From: a virus
IMG/VR virus record: IMGVR_UViG_3300049855_000609
Span: 28,564 to 92,563 of that record
Length of the DNA stretch: 64,000 bases
Reading direction: 5' to 3' (one strand)
Every line of letters begins with the position of its first letter. Positions within the stretch are counted from its first letter, which is position 1. The position numbers were made by a program, and so were the translations under genes. Under the pieces are notes generated by a model. That model ran no database searches. It was not told where the DNA came from and saw nothing but the letters and a program-made list of their open reading frames with translations. This document shows positions 58,859 through 64,000 of the stretch, one piece after another.

Positions 58859-58891
58859 AAAAAAATCAGAGTGCCAATAATGACACTCTGA
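58859..58891 (-). terminator. Intrinsic terminator
   Basis: Stem tcagagtg / cactctga with a T7 tail on the - strand. Confidence 0.75.
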
Positions 58892-58913
58892 CTTTTACTT
58901 TAAGCCGGTTGGC

Positions 58914-59570
58914 TTATAAGCTTTGGTCTGCCTTCAGTCCGGGTACAGAGATACCCTCTCCCAGTTCTTCCGCGATCTCCGGGCTTGCATAGAAATCCGA
59001 AGGGTCTGCAGTACGCATGTCCTTCATGTCTGCATTTTCAGCAGCTTCGGCCACAAATACGTTCACCTTGTACATCGGCTTGTTGTTGAACAGGATGAGT
59101 TCACCGCTGTTCTCATGGTCTTCCGGATAACGCACTACCTGGCGGTTTGCAAATACATCCAAAGTTGTCAGACCACGGTCTATGCCGTTCTTCTGATTGT
59201 CTGTCAGGATTGGATGATTGGACAGTACTTTCACGATCCTGGCCTTTTTCAAAGCTTGCAGTTTCTTCATGACATCAGCCTCTGTAGCTGTGTCCGGAAC
59301 ATCCAGCCAGCATACCCGTGTTTCCACTGATTCGAAATCCGTGGTTCCGATATTGAAATCGGATACATCATACAGGCCCCCGGATTTTACCTGTGCACTG
59401 GGATAATGGCTGATCACAGACACTTTCTGCTCCAGTTCCGCAGTCAGTGTGTTCTTCTTTTGAAAATCAGACTTGTAAACCCGGCGAAGAGCTACGGGTT
59501 GAAAAGTTGTTTGTTTGGTGATCCGGTTTGCACCTGTGGCATTCCCGATCATGGTGGCTGTTGCTTCCAT
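58914..59570 (-). CDS. Hypothetical conserved phage protein
   Basis: 218 aa; E.RV.W.DVP motif. Confidence 0.7.
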   Translation of the reverse strand: MEATATMIGNATGANRITKQTTFQPVALRRVYKSDFQKKNTLTAELEQKVSVISHYPSAQVKSGGLYDVSDFNIGTTDFESVETRVCWLDVPDTATEADVMKKLQALKKARIVKVLSNHPILTDNQKNGIDRGLTTLDVFANRQVVRYPEDHENSGELILFNNKPMYKVNVFVAEAAENADMKDMRTADPSDFYASPEIAEELGEGISVPGLKADQSL

Positions 59571-59666
59571 CTTTTAAATTAGTTTTTTGAGTTACTCAAT
59601 ATTGAGTTAGACTTGTATCTGATATACAACTCTAACCCAAGGGACTGTGTCCCGTGAGTATGCACC

Positions 59667-59747
59667 TTAACTGGCATTGTGCAGAATGAATTCTGCTCCT
59701 GCGGCCAGCATCATACTGATGTGCATCAAGTACTGATCCCTTTTCAT
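59667..59747 (-). CDS. Putative 26-aa peptide
   Basis: MKRDQYLMHISMMLAAGAEFILHNAS* with an AT-rich leader. Confidence 0.3.
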   Translation of the reverse strand: MKRDQYLMHISMMLAAGAEFILHNAS

Positions 59748-59769
59748 GTGACAAACGGTTAAAGGTTAA

Positions 59770-59883
59770 TTAATCAATTTCATACCCTCCATCATCTTCC
59801 GATAATGGTTTACTCTCGTTAGCTATCTGCATGATCCTGTATAAACAGAATACCGCTATGGCTGTCATCCCAAATGTTAGCAT
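59770..59883 (-). CDS. Putative 37-aa membrane peptide
   Basis: MLTFGMTAIAVFCLYRIMQIANESKPLSEDDGGYEID*. Confidence 0.4.
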   Translation of the reverse strand: MLTFGMTAIAVFCLYRIMQIANESKPLSEDDGGYEID

Positions 59884-59914
59884 ATATTGGAAGTTTGATT
59901 TCAAAATAAAGGAA

Positions 59915-59952
59915 CTAACCGGTGCTTTAGTGACATTCATACCACCGGTTAG
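59915..59952 (-). terminator. Intrinsic terminator
   Basis: Stem ctaaccggtg / caccggttag followed by a T-rich tail on the - strand. Confidence 0.65.
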
Positions 59953-60126
59953 CCCTTGTTTATTGCGTTTGCTCTAATTGGCTACCTTTACAGGCCCGCA
60001 ACAAATCCATTGCCACAACTCTTTCTCACCGTTTGTCTTGAATACCGAAGTTCCCGATATTCGTCTGCATGGCCAAAATTCGTGGGGGGTTTCAAAGAGT
60101 AGGAGGGTAGACGGTAGAAGAAAAAC

Positions 60127-60164
60127 CCTGACAGACCACCACTGTAAATGGTGTATCTGTCAGG
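60127..60164 (-). terminator. Intrinsic terminator upstream of motif copy 1
   Basis: Stem cctgacaga / tctgtcagg plus a T run. Confidence 0.7.
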
Positions 60165-60333
60165 TTGTTTATCCTTTATCTGTATTTATCTTTGAAAAAA
60201 AACACCGGAGACGCTTTTACCTGTCCCCGGTGCTGAATCATACTATCCAAACCACCTTTATTAATTTACCTACTGATACAGTATTTTACAAGAGCTTATC
60301 CTTGTGGTAGTGGTTCCTGTCGTCATAGCACAA

Positions 60334-60606
60334 TTATACTTTTCTGCTGAAGAAACTCTTTACCCGGCTGGCTGCAGCCATCAGCTTGTTTTTCATACGA
60401 GCCAATATCCCGGTTTTCTCTTTGGCTTTGCCAATTTGCGGAATAGGTTTCTCCTGGGCCATCCTGGCAAAGGATTTGGCTACCCGGATACGGGTATTTA
60501 TCTGGCCACTGCCCATCCACCTTACTCTGCCGGAATTGTCTGCTACCGGTTGCAGGCTCTTATTGCCTTTAAGCATCTTTCTGGTTTCTGAATATGCAAT
60601 ACTCAT
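60334..60606 (-). CDS. Basic hypothetical protein
   Basis: 90 aa, Lys/Arg-rich. Confidence 0.55.
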   Translation of the reverse strand: MSIAYSETRKMLKGNKSLQPVADNSGRVRWMGSGQINTRIRVAKSFARMAQEKPIPQIGKAKEKTGILARMKNKLMAAASRVKSFFSRKV

Positions 60607-60621
60607 TTTATCCTCCTTTTT

Positions 60622-60906
60622 TTAAAAATTATTACTGATATTGTACGGATCCTTGTGATAACCTATGCTGTACTTTATGGTCTTATAACCACTCTGCCAA
60701 TAATCCCTGAAACCAGGACTCTCTTCCCATCCCAGGTCAAAATAAAAAGCCGCATCTACAGTCTCTATGTCAGAGTCTGTGATATTGGTAGTCTTCCATA
60801 TTACCCGGGTAGCCATAGCAAAATTACACCACCCCATAAATGCCGGGGTTAACAGCATAAACAGCAGGATGATCACCGGCCATTTGTAATTAATTACCTT
60901 TTTCAT
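60622..60906 (-). CDS. Hypothetical membrane-anchored protein
   Basis: N-terminal hydrophobic helix. Confidence 0.55.
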   Translation of the reverse strand: MKKVINYKWPVIILLFMLLTPAFMGWCNFAMATRVIWKTTNITDSDIETVDAAFYFDLGWEESPGFRDYWQSGYKTIKYSIGYHKDPYNISNNF

Positions 60907-61153
60907 ATTTGTCTGGTTTTGTGCCGTGGTATATGCACACGACTAAGTTAAGAAATAATGAGTAACTGACTGTTTGGTTTAAAATGTATATTTCCATAAA
61001 ATTGGTTTTGGTTCATAGGTACAACCTAAGCTGTACCTATGAGCCGGGAGATATACTCCCAACCCAATCTTAATAGTCGTTTACTGTTATCAGCTTTAAT
61101 TAACTCATATCGATGAATGGTTACACGGTCTATTAAGTTTTGGCTATTAAATG

Positions 61154-61429
61154 CTATCTGCCTACCCAGTTGTCTTCAAAGTCTATTTCATCTCTCATCT
61201 CTTCTGTTATCTCCATATCTACACTCATCTGGGCCATATCACCATTTAAACTCGGCCAATAGCCTACTTTCCAGCTCTTCAGTATCCCCTCTGCCTCCAA
61301 TTTCCGGATCCTGGCCTCTTCTGCCCTGACCAGCATCTTTAATGTGTTCCGTAAATGGGTAATATCCATTTTGTCAATGTCTATTTTATTCCCATCTCGC
61401 ATTGTCCAGTATACTTTGTTCCCTAACAT
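61154..61429 (-). CDS. Hypothetical phage protein
   Basis: W..RDG..I....M...HL.N...ML motif common in phages. Confidence 0.7.
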   Translation of the reverse strand: MLGNKVYWTMRDGNKIDIDKMDITHLRNTLKMLVRAEEARIRKLEAEGILKSWKVGYWPSLNGDMAQMSVDMEITEEMRDEIDFEDNWVGR

Positions 61430-61758
61430 GGCTTTTTCTTTTTGGCTATTTACACAATATTGTGGTTTTTGCTACTTTCTGTTATTGCAGGTTATAGGGT
61501 AAATGGGTCCTAAACAGCTTTTTCAAGCCTGTTTTATCATCCATAACCCTGTCATAATCAATAATTTAGGGTGCTATAATTCGTGGGGGGCTTCAGGGGG
61601 TAATTGGTAGAGTAAAAGTGGTAGAGAGTGAGGTAGAGAGGGGGCAAATTTGGGGGTTTCAGCCAGTATTTTTTATCTGGAGGGCTGTTTTCAACTCTAT
61701 TTTGGTCACTCAGGCTTATCTGGGAGGGGTTTATCTTAAAGAAAGCCGAAAAAAAGGA

Positions 61759-61784
61759 AACAGACCCCGGTTAGGGGGCCTGTT
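61759..61784 (-). terminator. Intrinsic terminator
   Basis: Imperfect stem aacagacccc / ggggcctgtt plus a T7 tail. Confidence 0.7.
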
Positions 61785-61796
61785 CCTGGATCAGGA

Positions 61797-62135
61797 TTAG
61801 AATTTCAGCCAGTAAGCCTTCATTGGTTTACCGAAGTTCTTGCTCTCTTCCCTGTCACAGATGTAATCTCTGCAATCACAGTTTTCTTCCGGGACATATT
61901 CAGCTGGGATTTGGAGGATTTCACCCACAGTTGGAGGTGTGCAATCCAGATCCACGCTGTAATGCCGGTATGTGAATACAGGTTTTGTGCTTGTACCCAG
62001 TCCCATAGGCAGGATCTTGACCACGGTTTCCGTGTTCAGGATAGATACATTGTACACAGGCTGGTGTTTCGTACCAGGAGACGGGTTTGAAATCGAGACT
62101 TTCTCGACCACAAACGGGATTGTGTTGTTATTCAT
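61797..62135 (-). CDS. Hypothetical protein (paralog of 63768-64000)
   Basis: Likely start MNNNTIPF just downstream of motif copy 3. Confidence 0.7.
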   Translation of the reverse strand: MNNNTIPFVVEKVSISNPSPGTKHQPVYNVSILNTETVVKILPMGLGTSTKPVFTYRHYSVDLDCTPPTVGEILQIPAEYVPEENCDCRDYICDREESKNFGKPMKAYWLKF

Positions 62136-62226
62136 TTTGTATAAATGTCCCAAACTCGTGGGGGGTTTCATCTGGGTATATCTGGTAGACGGCAGCTGTT
62201 ATCTGTAGATGGTAACAGAAAAGGGA

Positions 62227-62247
62227 TGCAGGCATTATCTGCCTGCA
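62227..62247 (-). terminator. Intrinsic terminator
   Basis: Stem tgcaggca / tgcctgca. Confidence 0.65.
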
Positions 62248-62253
62248 CTGTCC

Positions 62254-62541
62254 TTAATTCTTGGGAATGTAGATCTTAGTCCCGGATTCTACAATAATGT
62301 AGTGGCCACCTTTGGGGCCTACTTGCACCGGATACTGTTTCCCCTTGTATGTAGCCGTATTACCGGCAACTACAGGTTTAACTGTGGAGGAAATGTACAC
62401 TTTACCAGTTGGGGTGAGGATGTATTTTCCTCCTTTGGGTCCTATTTCCACTTTATAAGTGGTACCCTTATAGGTATAGGTAGTCTGGCTGAAACCTTCC
62501 AGGCACAATATGGCCAGGATAATGAACAAGTACTTTTTCAT
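62254..62541 (-). CDS. Secreted protein with two GPKGG basic-adaptor-like repeats
   Basis: Signal peptide MKKYLFIILAILCLEGFSQ; two copies of YKG..Y.V..GPKGG.YI. Confidence 0.7.
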   Translation of the reverse strand: MKKYLFIILAILCLEGFSQTTYTYKGTTYKVEIGPKGGKYILTPTGKVYISSTVKPVVAGNTATYKGKQYPVQVGPKGGHYIIVESGTKIYIPKN

Positions 62542-62620
62542 GATCAGTGATTTTGATTAAGGCAGTATTGCCCCAAATACGTGGGGGGCTTCACAAGAGG
62601 GTAGCTGAAGAGAGAAAAGA

Positions 62621-62639
62621 GCAGGCCATTACAGCCTGC
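62621..62639 (-). terminator. Intrinsic terminator
   Basis: Stem gcaggc / gcctgc plus TCTTTT. Confidence 0.6.
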
Positions 62640-62644
62640 ACTTG

Positions 62645-62866
62645 CTACACATAATGGGTTACCTCCCTAATACGGAATTTGAAAGTAGCCTCATTAGGGT
62701 ATGTTACCCGGAACTCGGTATCATTGAGCCAGACTATTTCAGCCTCTGTTGCCCCCCATTCCTTTACCTTTTCTATTACATCCTCCTCAAAGTCAAATAC
62801 TCCCAGTACTTCAGCCCCATATTTTCCTTCTCTGGTCAATACCAGTTTCTTTCCTGCATTTTCCAT
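62645..62866 (-). CDS. Hypothetical protein
   Basis: 73 aa, between motif copy 5 and a terminator. Confidence 0.65.
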   Translation of the reverse strand: MENAGKKLVLTREGKYGAEVLGVFDFEEDVIEKVKEWGATEAEIVWLNDTEFRVTYPNEATFKFRIREVTHYV

Positions 62867-63067
62867 AAATAGATTGATTTAGCAGTTAATGACAATATCG
62901 TCAAAAACTCGTGGGGGCATTCACTGCCTGGAGTATCCCGGTAGATGGTAAAAGGAAAAAAGAAAGGAGGGTTTTCAGTAGTCGGAGAACTCCAAAGGTT
63001 TCCCCTCGTGCTCCCCTTCCAATAGGGTTTCTTTTAAGATGAAACCTGTTTTCCTAAGAAGGATGCA

Positions 63068-63098
63068 CAAAGCTAAAGTTTTCCAGACATACTGTCAA
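63068..63098 (-). promoter_or_regulatory. Host sigma-type promoter
   Basis: - strand TTGACA-17 nt-TAGCTTTG; the latter matches the Bacteroidota -7 box TAnnTTTG. Confidence 0.6.
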
Positions 63099-63138
63099 TA
63101 CCACTTTACTAACATTTTGACTTAACTTATAAACAAAA

Positions 63139-63165
63139 AACAGGGAGCACTAATGGCTCCCTGTT
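63139..63165 (-). terminator. Intrinsic terminator
   Basis: Stem aacagggagc / gctccctgtt plus a T run. Confidence 0.8.
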
Positions 63166-63172
63166 CTCTGGA

Positions 63173-63487
63173 TTAGAGGATGTTCTCATCTACGGCCTCT
63201 TCTTCGGGTATCCTGTAGGCATCCCAGTTCTCCTTCAGGATATTGGCAATCAGGCTCCGGGTGTTGATGAAGTTGAGGGCAATCTGCTCAGCTTCCTGTA
63301 CTTTGCGGTTATCCCTTGCATCCTTCAGCTCATCAATGAGTTGGCTGATGATAGCATAAGGAGTAGCCCCTGATAAGGACCTTGCCAGGAGTTGCAGGGC
63401 CATCTTGGCAATACCTGCAGGCATGAGTGCTAATGGTTGGTCTTCCACAGCTTTGTTGGTGGTGAAATCAAATTGAATGTTCTTCAT
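63173..63487 (-). CDS. Hypothetical helical protein
   Basis: Likely start MKNIQF downstream of motif copy 6. Confidence 0.65.
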   Translation of the reverse strand: MKNIQFDFTTNKAVEDQPLALMPAGIAKMALQLLARSLSGATPYAIISQLIDELKDARDNRKVQEAEQIALNFINTRSLIANILKENWDAYRIPEEEAVDENIL

Positions 63488-63596
63488 GGTAAATGCATTT
63501 AATAATAAGGAAAGTGAATGTCTAAAATTCGAGGGGGGATTCATCTATAAATAGGAGAGAAAAAAGGAACAGCACTGAGCTGTCCCTACTGCTGGG

Positions 63597-63668
63597 CTAT
63601 ACCTTATCCCATTCCAGGAAATCCTGAAATGACATCAGCATGCCACAGTATATAACTGTCCTTTTCAT
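63597..63668 (-). CDS. Putative 23-aa peptide
   Basis: MKRTVIYCGMLMSFQDFLEWDKV*; the only ORF found between motif copy 7 and the hairpin at 63569-63583. Confidence 0.45.
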   Translation of the reverse strand: MKRTVIYCGMLMSFQDFLEWDKV

Positions 63669-63730
63669 AGGTCACACTATTTAAGGATGATTGCAATATT
63701 GCAAGAATTCGCGGGGGGTTTGAAAACAAA

Positions 63731-63756
63731 GAGGGAGCACCCTAAGATGCCCCCTC
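63731..63756 (-). terminator. Intrinsic terminator
   Basis: Imperfect stem gagggagca / tgccccctc plus TTTGTTTT. Confidence 0.6.
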
Positions 63757-63767
63757 CTTTACCCCTG

Positions 63768-64000
63768 CTACCACTTGATCCAGTGGCACTTGAAGGTTCT
63801 GCCGAAGTTCTTGCTGGATTCATCATCCACCAGGAATTCCTTCAGCTCACAGTTCTCCTCTGCCACATGCTCAGCAGGGATATCCAGTACTGTGCCCACT
63901 GCCGGAGGTGTTGCCGCTTTCCCCTCTGCATCCACCATATCCTGGTAGAAGTAGCGGAATGTCGGGATATTATCCGTGGTGGTGCCTAACCCGGCAGGCA
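63768..64000 (-). CDS. Hypothetical protein, C-terminal part (paralog of 61797-62135; missed by the ORF track)
   Basis: PAGLGTTT...FRYF...TPPAVGTVLDIPAEHVAEENC...SKNFGRTFKCHWIKW*. Confidence 0.75.
   Translation of the reverse strand, partial: PAGLGTTTDNIPTFRYFYQDMVDAEGKAATPPAVGTVLDIPAEHVAEENCELKEFLVDDESSKNFGRTFKCHWIKW

Larger units (their letters stand above)
60075..63723 (-). repeat. Seven dispersed copies of TGAAnCCCCCCACGwrTTT (candidate phage promoter)
   Basis: + strand copies at 60075, 61576, 62152, 62575, 62904, 63524 and 63704; all intergenic and in the same orientation. Confidence 0.85.

Noticed and set aside
55905-60074. tRNA, tmRNA or hammerhead ribozyme in the non-coding regions
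   Set aside because: I found no convincing T-loop (GTTCRA) cloverleaf, tag reading frame or CUGANGA/GAAA core by eye. A covariance search is still needed.
62136-63544. ORF-track starts MKPPTS (62171) and MNPPSN (63544) as a shared N-terminal peptide
   Set aside because: These ATGs fall within the DNA motif itself and are absent from other copies; better starts with AT-rich leaders lie downstream.
60075-63723. Repeated CGTGGGGGG motif as a CRISPR array
   Set aside because: Spacing is irregular (180-1500 nt), the intervals contain genes and terminators, and no cas genes are present.
1-64000. Diversity-generating retroelement, retron or integrase
   Set aside because: No reverse transcriptase or tyrosine/serine recombinase ORF, and no TR/VR repeat pair, was recognised in this window.

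Overview
This window is most of a Crassvirales (crAss-like) phage genome infecting Bacteroidota, read in the standard genetic code. It has two convergent halves. The + strand (1-31.3 kb) carries virion tail and cargo genes: the end of a tail ring protein, a 1621-aa tail stabilisation/muzzle protein, three cargo proteins, a 4817-aa virion RNA polymerase polyprotein (DFDVD catalytic motif, zincin-like and ADP-ribosyltransferase-like domains) and a 1666-aa cargo protein. The - strand (31.3-64 kb) carries replication and accessory genes: PolA, SF2 helicase, a DnaB helicase split by a group I intron encoding a GIY-YIG endonuclease, Sak4-like ATPase, SSB, primase, PD-(D/E)XK nucleases, dUTPase and RadC. 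Most notable: (1) a compact ubiquitin-like conjugation operon (Ubl, terminator, E2-like, JAB, E1/ThiF) inside the replication block; (2) a tandem of promoter-motif/small-gene/terminator units built on a 7-copy TGAANCCCCCCACG motif; (3) two ~0.7-kb ORF-free regions tiled with stem-closed structured-RNA-like domains; (4) an integrase-less attC-like cassette array; (5) an HNH endonuclease that duplicated and recoded the 5' end of its target gene. All family assignments come from motif recognition by eye; no searches or folding programs were run.
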